The position numbers and the translations under genes are program-made. A DNA stretch of 64,000 bases from an uncultured Gammaproteobacteria bacterium (lineage in GTDB: Bacteria > Patescibacteriota > Patescibacteriia > Patescibacteriales > GWC2-42-12). Positions within the stretch are counted from its first letter, which is position 1. Every line of letters starts with the position of its first letter. Where the stretch lies: the NCBI GenBank assembly GCA_964467155.1, contig CAYXNZ010000002.1, forward strand, positions 14,339-78,338, written 5' to 3'. Shown in pieces: positions 20,871 to 30,222 of the stretch. The notes beneath the pieces were generated by a model. That model saw only the letters and a program-made list of their open reading frames with translations, searched no databases and had not been told where the DNA came from.

Positions 20871-22385
20871 ATGGTACAAAAACCAGTTATATTTCCGTTG
20901 GATGGGTATATGAAAGCGCATCAGGCCTTGTTTGACTTTAGGTCAATACTCAGGGAACCAGGAATGAAGGAATTAATCAGTTTTGCTAAAGGTAACGACC
21001 TTTTTCACTGCGACGATATGCCTGGGCCGGCTGTCATGAAAGCACTTGGTAAAATCGCAATAGAAGAGAATACGGATGTCGGAATTTTTCTTGACCTGAA
21101 ATTGGCTGATGTTAAGAATACGGACATGAACACCGCTAGGCACTACGCTGATTCATTTCCAGGCAAAGGGATTATTACCATCAGTGATAAGGTTAACGGC
21201 GAGGGATTTCTCTATGTTAGGAGGGCATTGCCCAATGTTAAGTTGGCGTTGGTTAGCGTATTGACTGATATGAAATCTGAAGTCTGTGCTCCTCGCTACG
21301 GGAATTATCCTGATACCGAGATTTTACACATGGTGCGATGCATTCAGTCGGAGTATGAAAAAGTGAGGACGGAAAAAGATCCCAAATATGCCTTTGACCT
21401 CATAGTTTGCTCGGCTAACGAAGTTGCTTTTCTTAGACAGGTTTTGGGATTTATTTATGGTTATATTTGTCCGGGCATTAGAGACTCTTGGATGACTGAA
21501 GGACAACAGGCGAGAACGGCTGGAGTAAAATGGGCACTAAACCAGGGTGCTACTTATCTGGTTATGGGTGCACAGATGGCCAAAGGTAATCCTGAAAAAG
21601 GGGTGACAGCTGAACAGAGCCGGCAAATGACCATAGAAGAAGTCAAGAAATCAAATTACATCGAAATCATTCCCAGTGATCCATTGGCTACGCTTACCAA
21701 CTGTGAAGGCTATTATGAAAGTCCAGTTGATAGTGACGGAAAGAGTAAGGGGCCCTTAGTTGCCTATGCTGGAAGTTATGAAGTGGAAGAGGGAAAAGAC
21801 AAAAAAAAGAATCTCGTTGGCTTCGTCTATTTCAATTTTGCCAAAGCCGAACAATACCCTCTACCAAGAGATTACTTTGCACGCCAACTTGCGCAGGTTA
21901 TCGTTGAACAGGTGGGTATACCAGATGTCGTGATCGGAGCACCTATGGGTGGCATTATGATGGCGGTGGAAGTTGGTCGCATTCTTGGCTGTCGGACTAT
22001 CTTCGCCGAAAAAAAGGTTATTGCTTTGGCCGATATCAAGACAGGCGAAAAAGAGCAATCCGAGCTGATTATTAATCGACATGATATTAATCCTGGAGAC
22101 TTTGTGGTTATTATCGAAGATGTCATTAATAATCTGTCGACTCCAAAAAAGATGATCGGCATCATCAATGAGAGAGATGGCAATCTTCTCGGTATTGCAG
22201 CCCCGTTCAGCAGGTCACAAAAGACTGAATGGAATGAATTGCCAGTTGCAGCAGGCACGCACAAGCCTCTGAAGCAGTTCAAACAGGAAGATCCAGTTGT
22301 TGCCGACTTAATCACGGCCGGCTACATCGTCTGGTCGCCAAAACAGCAATGGGCACAACTCAAGGAGGCGATGGAAGAAGGGTAG
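20871..22385 (+). CDS. Bifunctional OMP decarboxylase (PyrF-like N-terminal domain) / type I phosphoribosyltransferase (PyrE/OPRTase-like C-terminal domain). A UMP-synthase-like fusion in reversed domain order.
   Basis: N-domain: VIFPLDGY (Asp), IFLDLKLADVKNT (compare OMPDC FLDLKLHDIPTT), ICPGIR (compare TPGIR). C-domain: PRPP loop FVVIIEDVINNLST and a PyrE-like core. Start taken at ATG 20871 after an AAGGAAGG SD. The track start at 20778 adds a K-rich, non-protein-like extension. Confidence 0.75.
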   Translation: MVQKPVIFPLDGYMKAHQALFDFRSILREPGMKELISFAKGNDLFHCDDMPGPAVMKALGKIAIEENTDVGIFLDLKLADVKNTDMNTARHYADSFPGKGIITISDKVNGEGFLYVRRALPNVKLALVSVLTDMKSEVCAPRYGNYPDTEILHMVRCIQSEYEKVRTEKDPKYAFDLIVCSANEVAFLRQVLGFIYGYICPGIRDSWMTEGQQARTAGVKWALNQGATYLVMGAQMAKGNPEKGVTAEQSRQMTIEEVKKSNYIEIIPSDPLATLTNCEGYYESPVDSDGKSKGPLVAYAGSYEVEEGKDKKKNLVGFVYFNFAKAEQYPLPRDYFARQLAQVIVEQVGIPDVVIGAPMGGIMMAVEVGRILGCRTIFAEKKVIALADIKTGEKEQSELIINRHDINPGDFVVIIEDVINNLSTPKKMIGIINERDGNLLGIAAPFSRSQKTEWNELPVAAGTHKPLKQFKQEDPVVADLITAGYIVWSPKQQWAQLKEAMEEG

Positions 22386-22421
22386 AGTTCGCTTCTACCA
22401 AAATAAAATAAATAAGGTTCA

Positions 22422-22461
22422 ACCCGGTCCGTTCACTCTATGTGGACGGGCCGTTTTTTTG
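22422..22461 (+). terminator. Rho-independent terminator closing the PyrF-PyrE island
   Basis: cccggtcc ... ggacgggcc stem with a one-nt bulge, then a T7 run. Confidence 0.65.
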
Positions 22462-22546
22462 CTCGAAAAGGGAAATTAAGGTATAATATTAACAGTCAAT
22501 AACTTGTTGATTAGTTTTGATTTTTAATTTTTTAACATAAAATTAT

Positions 22547-23131
22547 ATGGCTAAGAAAACAAAATTATCGCCAAAATTAGTTAAATATTTGGAAAAAGCT
22601 GGGATTGATCATGACATTTTAGAGCATAAAACTGTTTATACTGCTATTGATGCTGCCAATACCATGGAAAAGAAGCTGGGTGAGATTGCTAAATCTTTAT
22701 TGGTTAAAGCTGATAAGGATTATTTCTTGGTTTTATTACCAGCTGACCACAACTTAGATTTTAAAAAATTAGGTATTTGCATCGGTGCGCAAGCAGGTAA
22801 AAAAATTAAGGTTGTAAAAATTCCAGGAGAAAAAATAATGGAAAATGCTTTGAAGATTAAAGCAGGCGCGTTGAGTGCTTTTGGTGGTATTCATAAATTA
22901 CCAGTGATTATGGAAAAAAAATTGGTTGGAGTAAAGAAGGCTGTTTTTTCTTCAGGTAGTTTCAATCATTCAGTTGAAATGGCGGCAAAAGATTTTGTGA
23001 AATTAGAAAATACTTTTTTGGGAAATTTTGGGATTAAGAAAAAAATAAAATTACAAAAACCAGTCAAGAAAGTTGCTAAGAAGAAAGTAAAAGCTAAAAA
23101 AACGGTTGCCAAAAAGAAAAGTAAAAAATAG
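22547..23131 (+). CDS. ybaK: YbaK/ProX-type aminoacyl-tRNA deacylase domain protein with a Lys-rich C-terminal tail
   Basis: ~155-aa YbaK-like core (HDILEHKTVYTAIDAANTMEK...LLVKADKDYFLVLLPADHNLDFKKL). C-terminal 35 aa are KKxx repeats. Confidence 0.75.
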   Translation: MAKKTKLSPKLVKYLEKAGIDHDILEHKTVYTAIDAANTMEKKLGEIAKSLLVKADKDYFLVLLPADHNLDFKKLGICIGAQAGKKIKVVKIPGEKIMENALKIKAGALSAFGGIHKLPVIMEKKLVGVKKAVFSSGSFNHSVEMAAKDFVKLENTFLGNFGIKKKIKLQKPVKKVAKKKVKAKKTVAKKKSKK

Positions 23132-23146
23132 TAAAAAAATATCCCC

Positions 23147-23857
23147 ATGATGCAAATAAAAACAGACAAATTTGAAGGTCCGCTTGGGCTATTGCTTAAG
23201 CTGATCGAAAAAGAAGAAATGGATATCACTGAAATTTGTTTGGCAAAAATAACTGATCAATATATTAATTACATAAGAGATTCTGAATATATTAAGCCTG
23301 ACGACATGGCTGATTTTTTGGTTGTCGCAGCAAAATTATTGTTGATTAAATCAAAAGCTTTATTGCCATATTTATATACCGAAGAAGAAGCTGAGATTGA
23401 GGAATTTGAACAACAATTAAAAATGTACAAAGAGTTTATTGAGGCATCGAAGTTGATAGAGAAAATGATAGGCAAAAAGAAGTTTATGTTCGCTCGTGAG
23501 TTTAATCGTCAAGCTATGCTAGCTAATGCTAATGTATTTTCTCCACCAAAAAAAATAACAGTTGGAGATATTAAAATGGTTTTTGAAGAGTTAATTGGCA
23601 GATTAATGCCGACCGAAAAACTTGAAGAAAAATCAATGGAAGCGACAGTCAGTATTGACGAAAAAATTGCAAATATTAAAAGTTTACTTTTAGAAAGAAT
23701 TAAATTTAGTTTTAAGAAAATTTTGGATGGAGCACAGAATAAAACTGATACGATAGTAAGTTTCCTGGCTATGTTGGAGTTAATAAAACAAAAAACTATT
23801 ACAGCTGAGCAAAATAATTTATTTGGAGAAATCGAAATTAATAAAATACAAAACTAA
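23147..23857 (+). CDS. scpA: Segregation and condensation protein A
   Basis: FEGPLGLLLKLIEKEEMDITEICLAKITDQYINYI is the ScpA N-terminal signature. Immediately followed by scpB. Confidence 0.85.
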   Translation: MMQIKTDKFEGPLGLLLKLIEKEEMDITEICLAKITDQYINYIRDSEYIKPDDMADFLVVAAKLLLIKSKALLPYLYTEEEAEIEEFEQQLKMYKEFIEASKLIEKMIGKKKFMFAREFNRQAMLANANVFSPPKKITVGDIKMVFEELIGRLMPTEKLEEKSMEATVSIDEKIANIKSLLLERIKFSFKKILDGAQNKTDTIVSFLAMLELIKQKTITAEQNNLFGEIEINKIQN

Positions 23858-23877
23858 TCAGCTATTATTTTAAAAAC

Positions 23878-24423
23878 ATGGGTTTAAAAACAAAAATTGA
23901 ATCATTACTTTTCATTTCAGCTAAACCAATGCCGACGAAACAGTTAGCTGATTTATTAAAAGTAGAAAAAAGTAAAATACAAGAAGCTGGCGATGAACTA
24001 GTCGAAGAATATAAAAACAACAGACGTGGCGTGCAGATTATTAAAGATGGTTTAAAATATCAAATGGTAAGTGCACCAGAAAATGCTAAAGTTGTTCAGG
24101 AATTTATTAAAGATGAAACAACTGGTGAATTAACTAGACCAAGTCTGGAAGCATTAACAATCATTGCTTATCGAGGACCAATTTCCAAAATTGATTTAGA
24201 TAGAATTCGAGGTGTAAATTGTGCTTTAATTATAAGAAATTTATTATTACGTGGATTAATTGAAGCAAAAACCGACAGTAAGAAAAAAGAAACTTATTAT
24301 TCAGTGAGTTTTGATTTTATTCGTTTTCTCGGTATAAATAATATTGTTGATTTGCCTGATTATAAAAAATTAAACGAAGACGATACTCTTGATAAATTTT
24401 TAGAAGGAATTAACGATAATTAG
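23878..24423 (+). CDS. scpB: Segregation and condensation protein B
   Basis: IESLLFISAKPMPTKQLADLL... and a winged-helix-like second half (EALTIIAYRGPISKIDLDRIRGV) typical of ScpB. Confidence 0.85.
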   Translation: MGLKTKIESLLFISAKPMPTKQLADLLKVEKSKIQEAGDELVEEYKNNRRGVQIIKDGLKYQMVSAPENAKVVQEFIKDETTGELTRPSLEALTIIAYRGPISKIDLDRIRGVNCALIIRNLLLRGLIEAKTDSKKKETYYSVSFDFIRFLGINNIVDLPDYKKLNEDDTLDKFLEGINDN

Positions 24424-24426
24424 AAT

Positions 24427-25617
24427 ATGAAAAGAAATATAATTGAAAATCCAAAAAAAATAGAACAAGTTGATTTAATAGTTGGCATCCCTTCATATAA
24501 TGAAGCTGATACAATTGCTCGTGTTATTAAACAAGTAGACAAGGGTTTGACTAAATATTTTCCAAAAGATAAAGCAGTTATTATCAATCTTGATAATCAT
24601 TCACCAGATGATACAAAAAAAGTTTTTTTGAGTACGAAAACTGACAATCCCAAAATGTATGTTTCAACTGCTAGGGGAGTCAGAGGTAAGGGTAGGAATC
24701 TATATAATCTTTTTCATTACACTAACCAATTAAAAGCAAAAGCAGTCGCTGTCGTAGATGCTGATTTAGAAAGTATTACACCTGACTGGATGAAAACATT
24801 AATAAAACCTATATTAGCAGGTCATGACCTGGTGACACCATATTATGCTAGATGTGAGTATGATGGTTCAATTACTAATCACATATGCTATCCATTAATT
24901 TACGGTTTATTTGGTTTGAATATACGCCAACCAATCGGTGGTGATTTTGCTTTTTCGCCCAAAGTGGCTGACTATTGGCTTCAACAAAAATGGCATAAAA
25001 CTACCTACAAGTATGGTATAGATATTTTTATGACGACCAATACAATTACTGGTGGGTTTAAAATAGCTCAAGGTGGATTGGGAGCAAAAATTCATAAGCC
25101 GAGTGCGCCTAAATTAGGACCGATGTTTTCTCAGGTTGTAGCGACATTGTTTAAAAACGTGTTGGCTAATAAAAAATTATGGCTTGGGGATATGGAAGAA
25201 AAACCAATAAAATATTTTGGTAAAAAGAATTTTGCTAAACCACAGACATTGGGTGTTGATTACAAAAGCATGAGAATAACGTCAATTTTTAATTTTCACG
25301 CCAATGAAGATATACTTAAAAGGGCTTTAAGTGGAGTTGTTTTTAAAAAAATAGAAAGAATGTATAAGACTGGTAAAATTGAAATAGATGATCAACTTTG
25401 GTGTAAAATTCTTTTTGATGTATTATATGCTTATGACAGAACTGATTTAAATGCTGGTTTAATTGAAGCAATTAAACCTTTGTATTTCGGACGTTTTATT
25501 AGTTTTTTTAGATCAACCTTAGATAAACCTTTCAAAGATTGTGAAGAAGAGATTAATGAACAGGCGAAATTGTTTTGGGAAGATCGTCGATATTTAATAA
25601 GTAAATACCACAAATAA
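24427..25617 (+). CDS. GT-A fold glycosyltransferase (GT2/GT81-like)
   Basis: VGIPSYNEADTI N-terminal nucleotide-sugar binding region and a DAD (DxD) motif (VVDADLESI). 396 aa. Confidence 0.55.
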   Translation: MKRNIIENPKKIEQVDLIVGIPSYNEADTIARVIKQVDKGLTKYFPKDKAVIINLDNHSPDDTKKVFLSTKTDNPKMYVSTARGVRGKGRNLYNLFHYTNQLKAKAVAVVDADLESITPDWMKTLIKPILAGHDLVTPYYARCEYDGSITNHICYPLIYGLFGLNIRQPIGGDFAFSPKVADYWLQQKWHKTTYKYGIDIFMTTNTITGGFKIAQGGLGAKIHKPSAPKLGPMFSQVVATLFKNVLANKKLWLGDMEEKPIKYFGKKNFAKPQTLGVDYKSMRITSIFNFHANEDILKRALSGVVFKKIERMYKTGKIEIDDQLWCKILFDVLYAYDRTDLNAGLIEAIKPLYFGRFISFFRSTLDKPFKDCEEEINEQAKLFWEDRRYLISKYHK

Positions 25618-25620
25618 TCT

Positions 25621-26694
25621 ATGCTAATTCCAGCAACAATTAGTTTTATTATATCCGCCTTATTATTTAGCGGATTTGGCGGAATAGCTCCTGATATGTT
25701 TTTGTCGTCATACGATAATCAACAAGATGGCATAGTGTTAGGTGTGTCAGAAGAAAATATAATAGATAGCAAAGAAATAGATTCAATTGATAAAAAAACT
25801 GGTTTGGAAAATGTTGTAGCTAAAATGGTTGATGAAACTCAAAAATTATCTTTGATTAATTTACCGCAATTACCACAGCTCGAGCAGCCGATTAAACGAT
25901 TACCAATCAGTGAAACAAAAAGTGGAAAAATTATTGTTAACGATATAGAAATGGACGCTGATAATGTTTCGGCTATGGATTGCCAAAGCGGTGATATGTT
26001 TTTTACCAAGCGGATAGATCAACCACGGTCAATCGCTAGTATAACTAAATTGGCGACAGCTTTAGTTTTTTTGGATTATAATCCTGGTTGGGATGAAATT
26101 TATGAGATGAGAGAATATGATAGACGAGAGGGAGGTGTCATCCATCTTTTTACCGGTGAGAAAGTAAAAGTAAAAGATTTGTTTTACACCAGTTTAGTTG
26201 GTTCAGGTAATACCGCAACAGTGGCCTTAGTTCATTCAACTGGTATGTCTGAGCAGGAGTTCGTTAACAAGATGAATGAAAAAGTAAAAGAGATTGGTTT
26301 AAAAAATACTCGTTTTGTTGAAGTGTCGGGTTTACATAGCGGAAATGTTTCAACAGCCAGAGAAGTCGCTAAATTGGCTGATATAGCTTTTTCAAACGAT
26401 GAGTTGGCGACAGCTTGTTCAACCGGAAAATATGATTATCAGACTAAAGGTGGTAGAAATAAAACAGTTTATAGTACAAACTATTTATTATCCAGCAAGG
26501 ATTTAAAAACTCAACATATTACAGTTTTGGGTGGTAAAACTGGACATATTGATGCGGCTGGATATTGCTTGGTTAGTAAATTCAAAAATACAAAAGGGGG
26601 AGAAATAATTACAGTAGTTTTGGGTACTGGGAATAATGGTGCTCGTTTCGCTGAAACAGAGAAATTGATTACAACTATTTATGAGAGACTATAG
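25621..26694 (+). CDS. D-alanyl-D-alanine carboxypeptidase (PBP5/DacA-like serine peptidase S11)
   Basis: SxxK (SIASITK), SGN (VGSGNTA) and KTG (GGKTGHI) motifs in the correct order and spacing. N-terminal hydrophobic anchor. Confidence 0.8.
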   Translation: MLIPATISFIISALLFSGFGGIAPDMFLSSYDNQQDGIVLGVSEENIIDSKEIDSIDKKTGLENVVAKMVDETQKLSLINLPQLPQLEQPIKRLPISETKSGKIIVNDIEMDADNVSAMDCQSGDMFFTKRIDQPRSIASITKLATALVFLDYNPGWDEIYEMREYDRREGGVIHLFTGEKVKVKDLFYTSLVGSGNTATVALVHSTGMSEQEFVNKMNEKVKEIGLKNTRFVEVSGLHSGNVSTAREVAKLADIAFSNDELATACSTGKYDYQTKGGRNKTVYSTNYLLSSKDLKTQHITVLGGKTGHIDAAGYCLVSKFKNTKGGEIITVVLGTGNNGARFAETEKLITTIYERL

Positions 26695-26754
26695 ATTTGA
26701 GAATCTAGCATTAAAATGATATACTGTAATAAATATTAAAATTTATTTAAAAAT

Positions 26755-27537
26755 ATGACAATGAAAAAAGTTATTATTGCTAATTGGAAAATGAAGCTAA
26801 CATTAGCAAAAAGTTTAGATTTATCTAAAAAAATTAAAGAAAAATTCAAAAACTTTAAAGATGGGAATATTGCAGTTTGTCCTTCACCGATAGCTTTGAG
26901 TGAAGTTAGTAAAATATTAGAAAAAAGTAATGTCGCTTTTGGTTCTCAAAATGTTTTTTGGGAAGAAGAAGGAGCATATACTGGAGAAATTTCTCCAGCA
27001 CATTTGGTTGAACTTGGTTGTCGATATGTAATTATTGGACACAGTGAAAGAAGAAAATATTTAATAGAAAACTATGAAATGATTCATAAAAAAGTTAAAG
27101 CAGTCATTAATAGTGGAAATCTAATACCAGTTGTTTGTATTGGTGAAAATTGGGAGGAAAGAAAAACTGAAAAAAGAGATTTTGTTTTAGTCGATCAATT
27201 GCAACAAGCTTTGAGTGGATTAGATGTTATGGGAGACCAAGAAGTAATAGTAGCCTATGAGCCAATCTGGGCGATTGGTACTGGTACTGCGATTGAACCT
27301 TCAGAAGCAGAATATGCACATAAAATTATTAAACTAGCATTAAACGATATATTCGGCATGCAAACAGTTAGTAAGAATTTTAAAATTATATACGGCGGTA
27401 GTATAAATAGTAAAAATGTTGATGGTTTCGCAGATTTGGACGGCATCGATGGTTTACTAGTTGGTAGTGCCAGTCTTGACGCAGATGAGTTTTATAAAGT
27501 ATCACAATCAATCGTTAAGTCAAAAAAAATAAAATAA
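26755..27537 (+). CDS. tpiA: Triosephosphate isomerase
   Basis: IIANWKM, GHSERR, AYEPIWAIGTG, GGSIN conserved TIM motifs. Confidence 0.95.
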   Translation: MTMKKVIIANWKMKLTLAKSLDLSKKIKEKFKNFKDGNIAVCPSPIALSEVSKILEKSNVAFGSQNVFWEEEGAYTGEISPAHLVELGCRYVIIGHSERRKYLIENYEMIHKKVKAVINSGNLIPVVCIGENWEERKTEKRDFVLVDQLQQALSGLDVMGDQEVIVAYEPIWAIGTGTAIEPSEAEYAHKIIKLALNDIFGMQTVSKNFKIIYGGSINSKNVDGFADLDGIDGLLVGSASLDADEFYKVSQSIVKSKKIK

Positions 27538-27556
27538 TTTAGATTAGTTTAAAAAT

Positions 27557-28432
27557 ATGTTAGTTCATATCAAAGAAGTAGTTGGACGAGCTAAAAAAGG
27601 TGGATATGCCTTAGGAGCTTTCAATATCCATAGTGTGGAATCTGTCTTAGGTGTGGCTCAAGCAGCAGTTAAAGCAAAGTCTCCAGCGATTATTCAAGTA
27701 TCTGAAAGTACTATTGACTACATGGGTTTAAAGCTAATAACTCATTTAGTTTCAACAATAGCAAAAAACATTGCTGCTAAAGTACCGATTGCTTTACACT
27801 TAGATCATGGTAAAAGTTTTGAATCTATCTTGGAATGCATTAACGCTGGTTTTACTTCTGTACATATTGACGCCTCAGCTTTACCGATAGATGAAAATAT
27901 TGCTATCACAAAACAAGTGGTCAAATTCGCACATCGTAAAGGTGTCTGGGTACAAGGAGAAGTTGGCTCTATGATCGGTGGACATGGTGATATTGCCGGA
28001 AGACTAGAAGATATACCAATTGCCGAATTAGCTGAAGTAATAAAATTTGCCAAAGAAACAGGAGTTGACACCTTGGCCGCAGCTGTTGGTACAGCGCATG
28101 GTGTTTATAAAAATGAAGATATAAATTTTCCACTTTTGAAAAAAATAATCAAACAAACAAAAAAAACATTTGTTCTTCATGGTGGCTCGGGTTTGCCTGA
28201 TAAAAAAATAAAAAGAGCGATAAAAGAGGGAGTAGACATAATTAATATTGGTAGTGACATAAAAATAGCTTTTTGTCAGGAGTTGATAAAAAATTGTAAA
28301 AATAATAACAAAGAAACAGATCCTAGAAATTTACTTCGACCGACTATTGGCGCGGTAGAGAAAGTAGCACTAAATAAAATGAAACTTTTTGGTAGTGCTA
28401 ACAAAATAATTATAAAAAATATAGAAACATAA
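27557..28432 (+). CDS. fba: Fructose-bisphosphate aldolase, class II
   Basis: GAFNIHS..., LHLDHG, GSMIGGHGD, HGGSG motifs of class II FBA / tagatose-bisphosphate aldolase family. Confidence 0.9.
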   Translation: MLVHIKEVVGRAKKGGYALGAFNIHSVESVLGVAQAAVKAKSPAIIQVSESTIDYMGLKLITHLVSTIAKNIAAKVPIALHLDHGKSFESILECINAGFTSVHIDASALPIDENIAITKQVVKFAHRKGVWVQGEVGSMIGGHGDIAGRLEDIPIAELAEVIKFAKETGVDTLAAAVGTAHGVYKNEDINFPLLKKIIKQTKKTFVLHGGSGLPDKKIKRAIKEGVDIINIGSDIKIAFCQELIKNCKNNNKETDPRNLLRPTIGAVEKVALNKMKLFGSANKIIIKNIET

Positions 28433-28445
28433 AAATAAATTTACT

Positions 28446-29255
28446 ATGTATAATATTGTGCCATTAATTTTAATCTTGATTAGTTTAAGTATAATTATAA
28501 TTATTTCAGTGAAGAAATTTTCTGTTTTGTCTAATCTAGACGTTGACAGTATACCAGCCGAAAAAGAAGCCAAATTCAAAGAGAGAATTATTAGTAATCG
28601 AATCAAGAGAAATATAATAAAATGGTGGTCAAAGATTAGCCGTTTAATAATTCCGATATTTAGTTGGATAGGTGATTTTTTTAAGGATTATTATCAAAAA
28701 CTTAATGAATTAAAGAAAGATTATCGTCCAGAATTAAAATTATCAGAAAATGAAAAAGAGTCATTAATTGAAAAAACATTAGTAGATGTAGATGAATCAT
28801 GTCGACAGGAAGATTATGAAGAAGCGGAGAAAAATTTAATTAACATTATTGGTCAAGATCCAACTAATTTGAAAGCTTTTAAAAAATTAGCAGATATTTA
28901 TCTGGAAAAAAAGAATTTAGAAGAAGCAAAACAGACATATGAACACATTCTAAAATTATTAGAAACTAAGGATTTAATTAACGATGAAACGGATAAAAAT
29001 AGACAAATAGCACAAATTTATTTTAATTTATCTGAAGTAAGCCTAGAACAAGATTGTTTTGACGAAGCAGGGGGATATATTAAGCAGGCGTTAGAAATAG
29101 AGCCAAATAACCCGAGATATCTTGACATAATGCTTGAAATCAGTATAATTAAAAAAGACAAAATCCAAGCTTTTGAAGCCTATGATAAGTTTAAAAAATC
29201 TAATCCCGAGAATGAAAAATTGGATGATTTGAAGCAACAAATAGATGAGCTGTAA
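28446..29255 (+). CDS. TPR-repeat protein with N-terminal membrane anchor
   Basis: N-terminal TM (IVPLILILISLSIIIIISV). C-terminal helical repeats with TPR-like A/Y/L spacing. Confidence 0.55.
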   Translation: MYNIVPLILILISLSIIIIISVKKFSVLSNLDVDSIPAEKEAKFKERIISNRIKRNIIKWWSKISRLIIPIFSWIGDFFKDYYQKLNELKKDYRPELKLSENEKESLIEKTLVDVDESCRQEDYEEAEKNLINIIGQDPTNLKAFKKLADIYLEKKNLEEAKQTYEHILKLLETKDLINDETDKNRQIAQIYFNLSEVSLEQDCFDEAGGYIKQALEIEPNNPRYLDIMLEISIIKKDKIQAFEAYDKFKKSNPENEKLDDLKQQIDEL

Positions 29256-29337
29256 TTTTAAGCAACTAATAATAAATAGCTAAAATTTGATTTTAAGGTT
29301 GCTAGCTATGAGTTATTAGTTATTTTAGTTTTTGTAT

Positions 29338-29423
29338 GCCGAGATAGCTTCCCGCTAGCTAGCGGGACAGGCAGTTTCCGCCAGAGGCGGACCAGCCTTT
29401 GGCTGGGGTAGATCACAACATAT
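29338..29423. repeat. GC-rich triple-hairpin element beginning with a 12-nt duplicate of the tRNA-Thr 5' end
   Basis: gccgagatagct at 29339-29350 is identical to 29424-29435. Three consecutive palindromes follow: cccgcta-gc-tagcggg, ccgcc-aga-ggcgg, ccagcc-ttt-ggctgg. Confidence 0.6.
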
Positions 29424-29496
<73 letters not shown>

Positions 29497-29525
29497 CAGG
29501 GAACGTAAATTAACAAGATTTAAAA

Positions 29526-29610
29526 GGGTCGGTACCAAAGCGGTCAAATGGGGCAGACTGTAAATCTGCTGGCTACGCCTTCGTTGGTTCGAATCCAGCC
29601 CGGCCCACCA
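29526..29610 (+). tRNA. tRNA-Tyr (anticodon GTA), class II with long variable arm and encoded CCA
   Basis: Acceptor GGGTCGG/CCGGCCC, anticodon stem GCAGA/TCTGC with loop CT-GTA-AA, 13-nt variable arm, T-arm GTTGG-TTCGAAT-CCAGC, 3' ACCA. 85 nt. Confidence 0.8.
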
Positions 29611-29645
29611 AATCAATTAAGAATTAAAAATTAAGAAAAAAGAAT

Positions 29646-29801
29646 ATGTCGCAAGAAAACATGATAAAGTTGGAGTGTACTGAATGTAAGAGAATAAATT
29701 ATTTTTCAAGAAAAAATAAAAAGACTCTTAAAGATAGATTAGAATTAAAAAAATATTGTAAGCATTGTAAGAAGCACACTCTTCATAAAGAAACAAAATA
29801 A
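29646..29801 (+). CDS. rpmG: 50S ribosomal protein L33 (zinc-ribbon type, 51 aa); not in the ORF track because it is under 60 aa
   Basis: [51 protein letters not shown]. Canonical L33 with CxxC...CxxC. Typical position between tRNA-Thr/Tyr and tRNA-Trp. Confidence 0.85.
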   Translation: MSQENMIKLECTECKRINYFSRKNKKTLKDRLELKKYCKHCKKHTLHKETK

Positions 29802-29814
29802 TACCTCACCCCAG

Positions 29815-29838
29815 CCCCTCTCCTAATTAGGAGAGGGG
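29815..29838 (+). terminator. Perfect 9-bp GC-rich hairpin (cccctctcc-taatta-ggagagggg) after rpmG; likely terminator or processing site
   Basis: Perfect palindrome read directly. No clean T-run follows, so terminator function is uncertain. Confidence 0.4.
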
Positions 29839-29865
29839 AATAAAAAGGGAGAGGTTTAATTTCAG

Positions 29866-29936
29866 GCGGGATTCGTATAATGGTAGTACAGGGGTCTCCA
29901 AAACCTCTAGCGGGGGTTCGATTCCCTCATCCCGTG
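29866..29936 (+). tRNA. tRNA-Trp (anticodon CCA)
   Basis: Acceptor GCGGGAT/ATCCCGT (G-U first pair), D-arm GTAT-AATGGTA-GTAC, anticodon stem GGGGT/ACCTC with loop CT-CCA-AA, T-arm GGGGG-TTCGATT-CCCTC. CCA not encoded. Confidence 0.8.
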
Positions 29937-29943
29937 CAAATAA

Positions 29944-29975
29944 AATAACGCTAATTTTAGCGTTATTTTAGTTTT
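29944..29975 (+). terminator. Terminator hairpin immediately 3' of tRNA-Trp
   Basis: aataacgcta-atttt-agcgttatt followed by TTAGTTTT. Confidence 0.6.
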
Positions 29976-29990
29976 GTCGCATTCTTGCTA

Positions 29991-30019
29991 TTGACATAAG
30001 TATAACTTTTTGCTATAAT
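29991..30019 (+). promoter_or_regulatory. Consensus sigma70 promoter (TTGACA-17 nt-TATAAT) driving the DGR target transcript
   Basis: ttgaca taagtataactttttgc tataat read directly. ~200-nt structured leader before the ATG at 30223. Confidence 0.7.
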
Positions 30020-30222
30020 AAAATATTAAAATCGCTCATTTAAAAAAGGCTTATCCTTACTTTCTTTTGGTTTGTTTTGCTTTTAAAGCAGATCAAAAGA
30101 AAGTCTTGGGATAAACCCTCGGCTATTACAAAAGTGTCAGCTTGTTTTAGCGGTGATATGCTTAAGGCATTAGGGCTTTAAGTGTAGAACTGTTTGACAG
30201 CGGATGCGAAAGGAGCGGAAAG

